The notes below the pieces were generated by a model. That model worked only from the letters and a program-made list of their open reading frames with translations, ran no database searches and had not been told where the DNA came from. A program made the position numbers and the translations under genes. This document shows, piece by piece, positions 26,041-36,126 of a DNA stretch of 52,100 nucleotides (the stretch's first letter is position 1; the number at the start of each line of letters is the position of its first letter). This stretch comes from Candidatus Bathyarchaeota archaeon (GTDB lineage: Archaea > Thermoproteota > Bathyarchaeia > Bathyarchaeales > WUQV01): positions 1 to 52,100 of the forward strand of contig JAOZNA010000001.1 of the NCBI GenBank assembly GCA_029934005.1. The letters run 5' to 3'.

Positions 26041-27816
26041 ATGCTGGAGACAGACATGCGATATTCACTTATTGCCGATGCCTACGAAAAAATTGAGGCT
26101 ACAACAAAAAGATTGGAAATGACCGACTACCTAGTCGACTTACTCAAGAAAACTCCAAAAGAACTCATAGATAAAGTTGTTTATCTCACTCAAGGAAAAC
26201 TTTACCCAGATTTCATGGGAATAGAGATAGGTGTTGCTGAAAAACTTGCAATACGAGCCATAGCGAGGGCTTCTGGTCACAGCGAAACCGAAATTGAAGA
26301 AGACCTTAAAAGAACTGGAGACATAGGCGAAACAACCCAAAATTTTGTAGCGAAAAAGAAGCAAGTTACCCTTTTCCAGCAGCCCTTAACCGTTCAAAAA
26401 GTCTACGAAACCTTCGAAAAAATGGCGAAGGCAAGTGGAGAAGGAGCAATGGACCTAAAAACTTCATTGCTTGCCGGACTGTTGGCAAATGCGACACCAA
26501 AAGAGGCCAAGTATATAACGAGGACGGTGACTGGAAAACTTAGGCTTGGAATAGCCGATATGACCGTGCTGGACGCATTAGCAATAGCTTATGGAGGCGG
26601 AAAAGAAGCCAGAGAATTCCTTGAAAGAGCATACAATATCTCCTCAGACCTAGGAAGAGTAGCCAAAGTTCTGGTTGAAGAAGGTCTAGAAGGGATAAAA
26701 AAATTCAAAGTAATGATAGGAGAACCAATAAGACCCATGCTTGCCGAAAGACTGTCCTCTCCACAAGAAATACTTGAAAAACTCGGCGGAAAATGCGTCG
26801 CAGAATTCAAATACGACGGAGAAAGAATTCAAGCCCACATAGACAATGAAAAAATAACATTGTTTTCAAGACGCCTCGAAAACATCACCTCACAATACCC
26901 AGACGCTGCAGAACTACTCAAAAAACACGTCAAGGCAAAACAAGCCATATTAGAAGCTGAATGTGTAGCCATAGACCCAGAAACCGGAGAAATGAGACCT
27001 TTCCAAGAACTAATGCATAGGAGAAGAAAATACGGCATACAAAAAGCAATCGAAGAATATCCCGTTTCCCTATTCATGTTTGATGCTCTCTACATCGACG
27101 GAAAAGATTTAACAGTTGAACCCTATCCAATCCGCAGAGAATTCCTTGAAAAAACCATAATTGAAGGAGAAAGAGTAAGAATAGCCGAATACATAATCAC
27201 CGACAATCCAGAAGAACTCGAAAGATTCTTCTTGCTTGCAATAGAAAATGGATGCGAAGGATTAATATGCAAATCGATAGGAAAAGACTCAATTTATAGA
27301 GCTGGAGCAAGAGGCTGGCTATGGATAAAATATAAGCGAGACTATAAAGGTGAAATGACAGACACAGTAGACCTAGTAATAGTAGGAGCCTTCCACGGAA
27401 AAGGAAGAAGAGCTGGCACTTATGGCGCACTCCTACTCGCAGCATACGATCCAGAAACAGATACTTTCAAAACAGTATGCAAATGCGGCTCAGGATTCAC
27501 AGACGAAGACCTAGCTAATCTACCAAAAATGCTAGAACCACACCGTATACCACATAAACATCCAAGAGTAATATCCAATCTAGAAGCCGACGTATGGTTT
27601 GAACCCAAAAAAGTAATCGAAGTAATAGGAGCAGAGATAACAATAAGTCCAATTCACACATGCGCCAAAGACAAAATACGCAAAGGAGCAGGACTCGCAA
27701 TACGATTCCCAAGATTCACGGGAAACTACCGACCCGACAAAGCAGCAGAAGACGCAACAACAGAAAAAGAAATAATAGAAATGTATAGAAGTCAATTAAA
27801 GGTTTCGACAGAGTAG
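26041..27816 (+). CDS. lig: ATP-dependent DNA ligase
   Basis: Adenylation motif I AEFKYDGERIQ, motifs EGLICK and WLWIKYKRDY, and the OB domain. An N-terminal DNA-binding domain is present. Confidence 0.92.
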   Translation: MLETDMRYSLIADAYEKIEATTKRLEMTDYLVDLLKKTPKELIDKVVYLTQGKLYPDFMGIEIGVAEKLAIRAIARASGHSETEIEEDLKRTGDIGETTQNFVAKKKQVTLFQQPLTVQKVYETFEKMAKASGEGAMDLKTSLLAGLLANATPKEAKYITRTVTGKLRLGIADMTVLDALAIAYGGGKEAREFLERAYNISSDLGRVAKVLVEEGLEGIKKFKVMIGEPIRPMLAERLSSPQEILEKLGGKCVAEFKYDGERIQAHIDNEKITLFSRRLENITSQYPDAAELLKKHVKAKQAILEAECVAIDPETGEMRPFQELMHRRRKYGIQKAIEEYPVSLFMFDALYIDGKDLTVEPYPIRREFLEKTIIEGERVRIAEYIITDNPEELERFFLLAIENGCEGLICKSIGKDSIYRAGARGWLWIKYKRDYKGEMTDTVDLVIVGAFHGKGRRAGTYGALLLAAYDPETDTFKTVCKCGSGFTDEDLANLPKMLEPHRIPHKHPRVISNLEADVWFEPKKVIEVIGAEITISPIHTCAKDKIRKGAGLAIRFPRFTGNYRPDKAAEDATTEKEIIEMYRSQLKVSTE

Positions 27817-27878
27817 TTTGGGCCGAGCTTTTCATTAAGGCTTAAATATTCCTCTACTCAAGTAAATAATGGATTGCA

Positions 27879-28094
27879 ATGGCTAAGGAAGTTCTAAAGG
27901 AAAAATGGTTTTGGACAATAGTGTTCTCTTTAATTCTAATAATATGCGTACCGTTAGTAGTTGTTTGGGTAATTCTTATTTTACCTTACCCACTCAACTT
28001 TATTCTTACAGTGATGATCTTTATCGCATGGGGAGTTGCCGCAGGCTACAAAGATTGGATAATGTCCAAGAAAGAGGAAAAGAAAAAAGGATAA
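27879..28094 (+). CDS. small membrane protein (2 TM)
   Basis: 71 aa with two hydrophobic helices and a basic tail. The competing ORF 27905..28123 in another frame looks less protein-like. Confidence 0.4.
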   Translation: MAKEVLKEKWFWTIVFSLILIICVPLVVVWVILILPYPLNFILTVMIFIAWGVAAGYKDWIMSKKEEKKKG

Positions 28095-28109
28095 ATCAGT
28101 TTGAATTTG

Positions 28110-29267
28110 TTATCCACGCCTAGTGAAGGTTCCAAGTACGTAAGCAATCAAAATTGCTAACGATGACAAACCAAAAATCAGTTCCTTAGGATTCACTACA
28201 AAATAAATTCCTACAATTTCTCCACTCGAACTAAAAAGAAACGGCAATAAAATCTCATATACTAATAACCAGTAAATAGCGCATGAAACCAAGACTAGTC
28301 CTAGAGCACGAGATAACGAAATGTCAAAAACTTTTCCGGTAGCAACAATAAGCACTAAAACCGCCCATATATTTGTAATGAACCATACGATAAGTGGCCA
28401 CTGTACTGTTAAATATGGCTGATTTGGGAAAACTATTGGCATGAAAAACTGTAACATTAAAGGAACCATTGCAAAGGCAGTGGCTCTTGCTGTTGCATCG
28501 TAATCTGCGGCTAATTTTAAGAGTTTGCCACCGATGATATATATTATAGCCGAGAGCACAAGCCATTTGATAAATGTTAGGCTAATCCATATGCTTGGCA
28601 GTCTTAATGAGTGAATGTCAAAATATAAATTACCCAGCAGAAGAATGTCTATTGGAGAGTTTCCTATTGATTCAGTAATCCTATTCATGTTCTGGATGTA
28701 TAAGCCACATCCAATAGCACTCAGCACTCCTACAAGAATTACAACTGAAACTGCGTCCCTAATTAATCTCGGCTCAGCTTTTAAAATCTCAAAAAGTTTA
28801 GAATCAAATCTCGCTGCCCTTAAAATTTTTCCAACAAAAGTTTCTGAAGGAGCAACTCTTTTTTGAATCCCCATGAGCCCTCCTATCGCCGCTAATACAA
28901 AGCCAATAATGAACCCTCCTCCAGAGAATAAACTTAAAACCGAGAAAATTATTACAAATAAGCTCGCAGTAGTCACTTTTTCAGGCGAAAAAAGCATATA
29001 TGCCGCACAGAACAGATTCAGGATGGATATGGTAAGCCATATTGCTATCCAAATTCCTTGACAAAAACTTGGAATTCCGAGGGATATTCGGTACCACAAT
29101 GAAGTATCTCCCTGAAGTAATTCATCTATTGAAGAAATGGAATGTGAATAAATTACAATACTTGAACCGTTAAAACTTACTATTAGACAGTTTATAAGTA
29201 TGAGTAATGTACCAAATAGAGCCAATATCGCTGCGATATTCATTTTCTTCATTTTGTTCACTTCCAT
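28110..29267 (-). CDS. polytopic membrane protein, C-terminal half Yip1-like
   Basis: 385 aa with about 9 TM segments. The second half (FVGKILRAARFDSKLFEILKAEPRLIRDAVSVVILVGVL...) resembles Yip1-domain proteins. Function unknown. Confidence 0.5.
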   Translation of the reverse strand: MEVNKMKKMNIAAILALFGTLLILINCLIVSFNGSSIVIYSHSISSIDELLQGDTSLWYRISLGIPSFCQGIWIAIWLTISILNLFCAAYMLFSPEKVTTASLFVIIFSVLSLFSGGGFIIGFVLAAIGGLMGIQKRVAPSETFVGKILRAARFDSKLFEILKAEPRLIRDAVSVVILVGVLSAIGCGLYIQNMNRITESIGNSPIDILLLGNLYFDIHSLRLPSIWISLTFIKWLVLSAIIYIIGGKLLKLAADYDATARATAFAMVPLMLQFFMPIVFPNQPYLTVQWPLIVWFITNIWAVLVLIVATGKVFDISLSRALGLVLVSCAIYWLLVYEILLPFLFSSSGEIVGIYFVVNPKELIFGLSSLAILIAYVLGTFTRRG

Positions 29268-29294
29268 ATTGCTTTTATCTAAATTTTCTAAACA

Positions 29295-30005
29295 CTATTT
29301 AAGGCTTTGCGCAAGTGAGTATTTTTTAGTTTTTAGTAGGAAATATAATGATATATCAAGAAAGAATATTCCAAATGCAAGATACCAACCTGCCGCAGGT
29401 CCATATACTACTTCAAGATTCAGATTTGAAACATTAACTACTGTCGTTCCGAAAAATCCTCCAATGTTTTTTCCAGGGACTTTGGCTATTTGGTTTGGCA
29501 CAACATTTTCAAGATTAGAGATAAAAGCGTTAAATTCGAGACCGAAGTATAATGCTGAAATTAAACATACTAATCCACCTATTAGCAACGGATATCTGAG
29601 ATATTTTTGTGTTAAGCTATGTATTTTCTTTTCCTTGAAAAATATAGATATCAGAAACAATATAACTGCTAAAATGTTAAGCGCTGACCCTATCATGGCT
29701 AGGATCCATACATAATTGAAGAAGGATATTACAGCATCTTTGTTCTCTGGAGGGCCGTCTAATTCGTTTAATGAAAAATTTGTATAGATTGATTGATTTT
29801 CGTTTTCTTTGTTAATTTGACTTGCAGATGCAAAGTTAGGTAATTTATATTCAGCTTCTATTCTAATAGTACTATTAATGTCACTTATTTTAGATGTCCA
29901 TATCCTCCACCATGGAAGCAGCACTAAACTAACTGAAAAGAATAAAATTAAGCAGACAAACAATATCTGAACTATTTTCTTGTTATCAATCATAATTTTT
30001 TCCAC
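29295..30005 (-). CDS. hypothetical membrane protein
   Basis: 236 aa: an N-terminal TM, a roughly 70-aa extracytoplasmic loop, then 4 TM segments. Its ATG (30005..30003) abuts the stop of the OppF-like gene, which suggests co-transcription. Confidence 0.5.
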   Translation of the reverse strand: MEKIMIDNKKIVQILFVCLILFFSVSLVLLPWWRIWTSKISDINSTIRIEAEYKLPNFASASQINKENENQSIYTNFSLNELDGPPENKDAVISFFNYVWILAMIGSALNILAVILFLISIFFKEKKIHSLTQKYLRYPLLIGGLVCLISALYFGLEFNAFISNLENVVPNQIAKVPGKNIGGFFGTTVVNVSNLNLEVVYGPAAGWYLAFGIFFLDISLYFLLKTKKYSLAQSLK

Positions 30006-31013
30006 TCATTTTTCCCTCCTACTTGAATAAAGATGACATGCTACGAAGTGTTTGTTCCCCACATCAACAAGTTTCGGTTCCCTTGTTTTACATACGTTTC
30101 CTATAAATTCTGGACATCGTGTATGGAATCTACATCCAGACGGTGGGTTAATTGGGCTTGGAACTTCGCCTTTCAGTACGACCTCTATTCGCTTAGCAGC
30201 TGGGTCGGGACTTGGGACAGCTGCTATCAACGCTTTCGTATAAGGATGAAGTGGTTCATATACGATTTGATCTACAGTTCCCATCTCCATTATCTTTCCA
30301 AGATACATTACTGCGATTCTGTCGCAAATATGCCTGGCTAATGCTAAATCATGTGTAATGTACATGAATGAAACATTATATTTTCTCATTAACTCAAACA
30401 TAACATTGAGCACTTCTGCTCTAATGGAGGCATCTAACATTGAAACTGGTTCGTCAGCAACTATGAACTCTGGATTCAAAACTAATGCCCTTGCTGTTGC
30501 CACTCTCTGTCTTTGACCACCACTTAATTCATGTGGATACCTATAGATAAATTCTTCCGGAGGAACTAGCTGGACATCTTCTAAAGCTTTAAAAACCTTT
30601 TCTTCTACTTCATGTTCTTCCTCTGCTACACCTTGAACTCTGATAGGCTCAGCAATAATATCAAAAATGGTCATTCTCGGATTTAATGATTCATATGGGT
30701 CTTGAAATATTATTTGCATCTTTCGTCTGTAAACCTTGAAATCTTTTTCGGGTAAGCCTGTTATATCCTTTCCTTCAAACAATATCTTACCTGAGGTTGG
30801 TTCTATTAACTTTAATATCAGCCTTCCAGTAGTTGTTTTACCACTGCCACTTTCACCAACAAGTCCAAAGATTTCTCCCTTTTTGATGTCAAAGTCTATT
30901 CCATCAACCGCTCGAACAAAAAGTTCTTTTCTACTAATTATACTTTCAAAAAATCCTAAACGTACAGGAAACCATTTTTTAAGGTTAATCACTTTAATTA
31001 TTTCTTCCGCCAT
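30006..31013 (-). CDS. oligopeptide/dipeptide ABC transporter ATP-binding protein (OppF/DppF-like)
   Basis: Walker A GESGSGKTT, LSGGQRQRVATARAL, FIVADEPVSMLD. The C-terminal Opp-type Cys motif PPSGCRFHTRCP...C...C is present. Confidence 0.9.
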   Translation of the reverse strand: MAEEIIKVINLKKWFPVRLGFFESIISRKELFVRAVDGIDFDIKKGEIFGLVGESGSGKTTTGRLILKLIEPTSGKILFEGKDITGLPEKDFKVYRRKMQIIFQDPYESLNPRMTIFDIIAEPIRVQGVAEEEHEVEEKVFKALEDVQLVPPEEFIYRYPHELSGGQRQRVATARALVLNPEFIVADEPVSMLDASIRAEVLNVMFELMRKYNVSFMYITHDLALARHICDRIAVMYLGKIMEMGTVDQIVYEPLHPYTKALIAAVPSPDPAAKRIEVVLKGEVPSPINPPSGCRFHTRCPEFIGNVCKTREPKLVDVGNKHFVACHLYSSRREK

Positions 31014-31028
31014 TTTTAATCACCCATG

Positions 31029-32027
31029 CTATGCTGGATGAATCAGATGACAAGCTACAAAATGCCCTTTTTCTACTTCTACAAGTTCAGGGTCTTTCTT
31101 TCGGCATATAGGCATTGCATACTTGCATCTAGGATGGAATCTACATCCTGGAGGTGGATCTAAGAGATCTGGTGGTAGTCCTGGAATGGAAACCATTCTT
31201 TGTTTGGGTGCTTTTATGTCTGGGAATGCTCCAATCAAGCCTTGGGTGTATGGATGTAATGGTTCTTTAAATATTTTGTAGACATCTGCATTTTCGACAA
31301 GGCGTCCAGCATACATTATAGCTGCTTTTTCGCATGTTTCTGAGATTAATGAAAGGTCATGGGTAATCATAATCATTGCTAATCCTAATTGTTCGCTAAG
31401 TGTCTTAAGGAGTTTTAGTATTTGGGCTTGAACGATAACATCTAATGCAGTTCCAGGCTCATCAGCGATAAGCAACTTAGGATTACAGGCTAGTGCCATA
31501 GCAATCATGGCACGTTGCCTCATCCCACCGCTAAATTCATGGGGATAGTTAACTACTCTTGAAGGTTCAATTCCGACAAGCTCAAAAAGCTTTCTTGCTC
31601 TCTCTTTGGCTTCATTTTTAGTTACTTCTGGTTCATGGGTCTGAATAGCCTCAACTATTTGATCTTCGATTGTGTAGACGGGATTCAGTGCATTCATTGC
31701 CCCCTGAAATATTATTGAAATTTCCTTCCATCGAATCCGTTCTCTCATTGTTGAGTCATCTAGTTTTGTGAGGTCTATTCCTTCATAGAGGATTTGACCA
31801 CCAACTATTTGTCCGCCCGGCGGTAAAATTCTTAGAATTGAAAGTGCAATAGTTGTTTTTCCACATCCAGATTCGCCTGCAAGTCCAAGTTTTTCTCCCT
31901 TTTCTAGTGAAAATGACACATTTTCAACAGCTTTGACGTACCCTCTTAGGATCCTGTAATAGGTTGTTAAGTTTTTTAATTCTAGGAGCGTCATCTTTCC
32001 ACCGACAACTTTGATTATGAGTAACAA
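31029..32027 (-). CDS. oligopeptide/dipeptide ABC transporter ATP-binding protein (OppD/DppD-like)
   Basis: Walker A GESGCGKTT, FSGGMRQRAMIAMAL, LLIADEPGTALD, and the C-terminal motif PPPGCRFHPRCKY...C. The probable true start is the internal Met (MTLLELKNL) at 31994. Confidence 0.9.
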   Translation of the reverse strand: MLLIIKVVGGKMTLLELKNLTTYYRILRGYVKAVENVSFSLEKGEKLGLAGESGCGKTTIALSILRILPPGGQIVGGQILYEGIDLTKLDDSTMRERIRWKEISIIFQGAMNALNPVYTIEDQIVEAIQTHEPEVTKNEAKERARKLFELVGIEPSRVVNYPHEFSGGMRQRAMIAMALACNPKLLIADEPGTALDVIVQAQILKLLKTLSEQLGLAMIMITHDLSLISETCEKAAIMYAGRLVENADVYKIFKEPLHPYTQGLIGAFPDIKAPKQRMVSIPGLPPDLLDPPPGCRFHPRCKYAMPICRKKDPELVEVEKGHFVACHLIHPA

Positions 32028-32110
32028 ATTTCTCTATAAAAGTTTTTAGTAATACGCATTTTCGGTAAATTTATAATTGAGAATTTGTCTTTCTTTCGTT
32101 ATGTGGTGTC

Positions 32111-32497
32111 ATGCAAACTCGTTGGATAGGAAAAAACGTAAACTTAGATCGTTTAACCGACTTTATTATAGAATTTTTTCATTTAAGGAACTTTAAGACC
32201 TCCGTTAGTACTGTAGAAGGTAAAATAATGATTTCTGCAGTTAAAATTGAGAAAGGTTCTCCTTTTGTTGTCAAAGTTGTGGTGAACGGTACTCCAGAAG
32301 ACTTTGTGGTTGATTTTAACGCTAAAACAAAATTGGATACCATGAAATTTTTTGTTCCCTTTCTTTCTCTGATCGGATTTGGGTGGTTGTTTCAAAAAGA
32401 GGTCAAAAAGTTAGATGTTTATGGTCCTCTGGAGCGAGATTTTTGGACTTTTTTGGAGATGAGAATAAACGAATTGTCTGGGAAAAAGGATTTTTAG
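32111..32497 (+). CDS. hypothetical protein
   Basis: 128-aa ATG ORF with one internal hydrophobic segment. No family recognised. Confidence 0.4.
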   Translation: MQTRWIGKNVNLDRLTDFIIEFFHLRNFKTSVSTVEGKIMISAVKIEKGSPFVVKVVVNGTPEDFVVDFNAKTKLDTMKFFVPFLSLIGFGWLFQKEVKKLDVYGPLERDFWTFLEMRINELSGKKDF

Positions 32498-32566
32498 TGA
32501 GGTTTGATTGGGAATTATATTCTCTTACTTGTCATAACATTAATATGGGTCTAAGGTTTATTTATT

Positions 32567-33277
32567 TTGGAGAAGGGAATGAGAAAGCAGTGGTTGTTAG
32601 TAGGTGTAATTGTTCTTATATTTGGAGTTATTATTGCGCTACAATCATTTACTTATTCGGTTTCTTCCGGGGAAAAAGTGGTTAATTATGCCGAGAATTC
32701 GTGGGAAGTCTCAGCGAATTTAACAAGGGGAGAAGATATTAGAATAAGGCTTAGATTTCCACAGGAGTGGTGGACTGTAGCCGAACAAGCGGAAGAAGGT
32801 AATATTAAGCTTAAGATATTTAAATTGGAAGTAATTGATGCAAAAAACAGAACAACAACTTTCTTGGTTTTTCTGGGAAGAGTAGATTCCAAGTCCTACG
32901 GAACCGCAGTCGGTTATTATAATTTGTCGGTGCAAGAAAATGAAGGAGCTTTAATAGTGAATTCTACGCCAAAGGAAATCGGAGGAATTACAACAATTAC
33001 TGGAACTTACACGGTAAGGTTCAAAAAGCAAAATGGTTACCCTATTGTTTATCCTCCTGTTATTGAACCTCCGCTTTATTTTGGTATAGTAAGAAGATAT
33101 AGGGAAGAATCTGTTTCTTTTAGCTACTTCTTTCCTGTAGGACTCGCAATATGTTTTTCTGGAGTTTTTATGGTGACATATTCTTGTACTCCTTTTAAGG
33201 GTAAGAATAAAGAGCGGAATATACCTAAGAAATTGGCAAAAATGAAAAGGAAAAGGTTAATAAAAAATTCCAGCTAG
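32567..33277 (+). CDS. hypothetical bitopic membrane protein with extracytoplasmic beta-rich domain
   Basis: N-terminal TM (WLLVGVIVLIFGVIIAL), about 170 aa of beta-like sequence, a C-terminal TM and a basic tail. Confidence 0.45.
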   Translation: MEKGMRKQWLLVGVIVLIFGVIIALQSFTYSVSSGEKVVNYAENSWEVSANLTRGEDIRIRLRFPQEWWTVAEQAEEGNIKLKIFKLEVIDAKNRTTTFLVFLGRVDSKSYGTAVGYYNLSVQENEGALIVNSTPKEIGGITTITGTYTVRFKKQNGYPIVYPPVIEPPLYFGIVRRYREESVSFSYFFPVGLAICFSGVFMVTYSCTPFKGKNKERNIPKKLAKMKRKRLIKNSS

Positions 33278-34030
33278 GGCTCTCCTAATCAATATTAAAC
33301 TTGTGAAAATAATAGAATATCCCAAAAATCTTTTTTGTTTTCTCCACTTTATCCATTCATTTTTCTTATGCATTGTTACTATTGGCGTAAGTAATAGTAA
33401 AAAGTAGAGATATACCACGAAGAACAAGAGCAAGGCAGACGCTATGTAATAGGCGGGAGTTGTTCCTAAACTATTGAATTTCCAATTTATCATTCCTAAA
33501 ATATTCCCTTCTGGATCATTGATAGCAAGCAGAAAAAGGAAAGTTAAAGGTGTTAAACTGAGTGCTGAGAATATTCCGTCTGATAATCGAGTCCATTTAA
33601 TAGAGATTCCTCCCCATTGAGTAATTTGTGGATATGGAATTCCACAAAAAATTAATAGGAGAATCGGAAATATTCCGAATAAAAGTAGCTTTATTGAGAT
33701 TTCTACAAAGTTTATTAGATTTTCCTTCTTTGTTGGAAGTGAAGTTCCACAATTGGGGCAATATTCACTTATCTTAAATAATGGATAAGTTGATTCTGGC
33801 TCTATAAATTTTCCACATTTTGGGCAAAAATATTGAGCAGTCCATTTTAGTCCCTCTTTTATTTCTGAAACTAGCTTCTCAGCATTTTTAAATGACGGAC
33901 TAATCTTTGTAGTAATTGTCAACATTAAAAGTGCTCCTTCGTAGTCTCCTTTCCTTAATGCATCCAATCCTTTTTTATAGAATTCCTCTGCTTTTTCAGA
34001 TTTATTCTTAACGGGTTCCAATTTAAACAC
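33257..34030 (-). CDS. membrane protein with N-terminal TPR-like helix pair and zinc ribbon
   Basis: GTG start. KKGLDALRKGDYEGALLML (TPR-like), CPKC...CPNC zinc ribbon, then about 4 TM helices. Confidence 0.5.
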   Translation of the reverse strand: MFKLEPVKNKSEKAEEFYKKGLDALRKGDYEGALLMLTITTKISPSFKNAEKLVSEIKEGLKWTAQYFCPKCGKFIEPESTYPLFKISEYCPNCGTSLPTKKENLINFVEISIKLLLFGIFPILLLIFCGIPYPQITQWGGISIKWTRLSDGIFSALSLTPLTFLFLLAINDPEGNILGMINWKFNSLGTTPAYYIASALLLFFVVYLYFLLLLTPIVTMHKKNEWIKWRKQKRFLGYSIIFTSLILIRRALAGIFY

Positions 34031-34050
34031 CCAAAAATAGGAGGGGAAGT

Positions 34051-36120
34051 TTAACGTCTTATTCTAAGTTTTGGGTTCAGAACTTCGTCGAGTGCAAATC
34101 CTAGGAGGATGAATGAAAATGCTAGTGCTGCAATACATAATCCTGGAGGTATCACCCACCACCATGCGTATGTCGAAAGTCCATATTGCTGGGCATCATG
34201 CAACATTCTTCCCCACGACATTCTCCATGGATCAAAGAATCCTAACCAACTTAGAGCGGCTTCTGCAACAATGGCTCCCGGAACCGATGTGGCTAATGTT
34301 ACATAAACAAGTCCCATTACATTGGGTAGTATGTGCCTCATGAGAATATGACTTCTACCAGCTCCAGCTGCCTTCGCTGCTTCAACGAAAGGTCTTTCTC
34401 TTAAGCTAAGAACTTGCGACCTTACTTGTCGGGCGAATCCCATCCATCCTAACAGCCCCATAAGAATTATGAGATTTTCGATTTTTGCGCCTAATACTGC
34501 CATTAATACTATTAGTAGAGGGAGGAAGGGTATTACAAGTAACATATCTGCAAATCTCATTAGTATCTCGTCTACTGCTCTTCCCGAGTAGCCAGCTACT
34601 AATCCAACTACCAATCCTATTACTACGCTACAGACGGATGATAGAGTGCCGACATATAGCGATACCCATGTTCCGTAAATGAGCTGGGAGAAAAGATCTC
34701 TTCCGTATTGGTCTGTCCCTAGCAGGCCCCAGCATGTGCCAAAGAATCGTAAGGATAGGTTATCAATGTAAACAATTGTTTCGATTGTTTCAGGTTCAAT
34801 TACTTCCGTTTTTGCTTTTACATCTTTGAAAGATACTGACCCAGTTACTAATTCTTGAATTCCGTACTGATTTGGAATGGAAAAGGAGATTGGGAACACT
34901 ATTGGGTCAGCGTGGTTTGGGACGTGTACTTTGAGTTTTCCTGAAATTTCGATTTCTTTTTTATAGACACGGAAACTTGATTCTTTAATTGATACGTCGT
35001 ATTCTCCATCTTTTATGAGTGGTGGCAAACGGAGAATTTGGTGCGTGTTCAAGTTTACTGGCAATTCGTATATAGTTTCATTATTTTCTAACTTTATTAT
35101 CCCCATTAAAGTTATTTTACCTGTTAAGGTTAGATTTGACGGATATATCTCTTCGTCCATGAAGACCATTTCCACACCGTAGGTATAATTCCCCTCTCCG
35201 GATACTATGGTTCTAAGGTCTAATCTCTTGTTTGGGAATCCGTAGAGTCCTTCTCTCTCTATGAAATTCCTTCCGCTTGAACTTATAGTTGATTGTTTTG
35301 TTGTTATCCAACCAGACGTATCTCCGTTGCGTGGTTTACTTATATAGACTTCACCTGAATATTCATCCGGAGGATTGCTATGTGGGTTGATAACCGTTTT
35401 GTTAACTTCATATCCTTTGGGCACTATGACGCCTTGTGTTCCTGATGGAACCCATTCGATGTTATGTCCGAATTCTCCTTTTAATTTGCTTGGTGGAGGC
35501 CAAAGATACCACTTTTTTCCATCAGATAATCTTTCGATGTAAACCCATGCTTCGACTGGCACGAATAAGTGAGTTGCTGAAGTTCCATTTACCAATAACG
35601 TTACTGATCCTGAGAGTTCTCCTGGGGGGCCCGAGTAGGGCCAGTAGAATTCAGATTCTACTTGGACTTTTACTCTGCCTTCCGGTTGGGTATTTGGGTT
35701 TCGTTTGTAAGTAACCGCTATGCACCCCTCTGGGCTGTTTGGATAATTTACGTAATAGTTTGGTTCAACTTTAAGCTGTCCATTGGTGAGGTCTGATAAA
35801 ATTTTGTATCTCCATCCTTGCTCTAGAGGATTTTTTACTGCTATCATGTTTTCAGAAAGTTCGGGACCGCCACCTAGCCATGTCGGTAAATATCTTGCCC
35901 ATGAAGGTTTTGCCCAAGGGCTTGAAACACCTTGGTGTATAGGTGCATTATGTGGGACACCTAATTGGTTATAGGGAGTAAGGAGTGGAGCGCATATGGC
36001 TATTAATAAGAATGCTAATATTATCACTACTCCTACTACGCCTTGTTTTTTACGGAAGAATACTTTAGTGAAGTTAAGTAATCTTTTTATGTTGAATTTT
36101 AGCTTTTTTTTGGATATCAT
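34051..36120 (-). CDS. oligopeptide/dipeptide ABC transporter permease (OppC/DppC-like) with large extracytoplasmic insertion
   Basis: The OppC N-terminal TM (VVGVVIILAFLLIAICAPLLTPY) and the canonical core (LLGTDQYGRDLFSQLIYG... EAA loop FVEAAKAAGAGRSHILMRHILPN) are separated by about 400 aa of beta-rich sequence. Total length is 689 aa. Confidence 0.85.
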   Translation of the reverse strand: MISKKKLKFNIKRLLNFTKVFFRKKQGVVGVVIILAFLLIAICAPLLTPYNQLGVPHNAPIHQGVSSPWAKPSWARYLPTWLGGGPELSENMIAVKNPLEQGWRYKILSDLTNGQLKVEPNYYVNYPNSPEGCIAVTYKRNPNTQPEGRVKVQVESEFYWPYSGPPGELSGSVTLLVNGTSATHLFVPVEAWVYIERLSDGKKWYLWPPPSKLKGEFGHNIEWVPSGTQGVIVPKGYEVNKTVINPHSNPPDEYSGEVYISKPRNGDTSGWITTKQSTISSSGRNFIEREGLYGFPNKRLDLRTIVSGEGNYTYGVEMVFMDEEIYPSNLTLTGKITLMGIIKLENNETIYELPVNLNTHQILRLPPLIKDGEYDVSIKESSFRVYKKEIEISGKLKVHVPNHADPIVFPISFSIPNQYGIQELVTGSVSFKDVKAKTEVIEPETIETIVYIDNLSLRFFGTCWGLLGTDQYGRDLFSQLIYGTWVSLYVGTLSSVCSVVIGLVVGLVAGYSGRAVDEILMRFADMLLVIPFLPLLIVLMAVLGAKIENLIILMGLLGWMGFARQVRSQVLSLRERPFVEAAKAAGAGRSHILMRHILPNVMGLVYVTLATSVPGAIVAEAALSWLGFFDPWRMSWGRMLHDAQQYGLSTYAWWWVIPPGLCIAALAFSFILLGFALDEVLNPKLRIRR

Positions 36121-36126
36121 TTTTGT

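Noticed and set aside
28110-30005. Checked whether the two polytopic membrane proteins downstream of the Opp ATPase genes could be the archaeosortase needed for the PEF-CTERM proteins.
   Set aside because: I cannot find the conserved Cys/Arg/His active-site context expected of exosortase/archaeosortase proteins. One of the two looks Yip1-like. This stays open until HMM tested, so it is not claimed.
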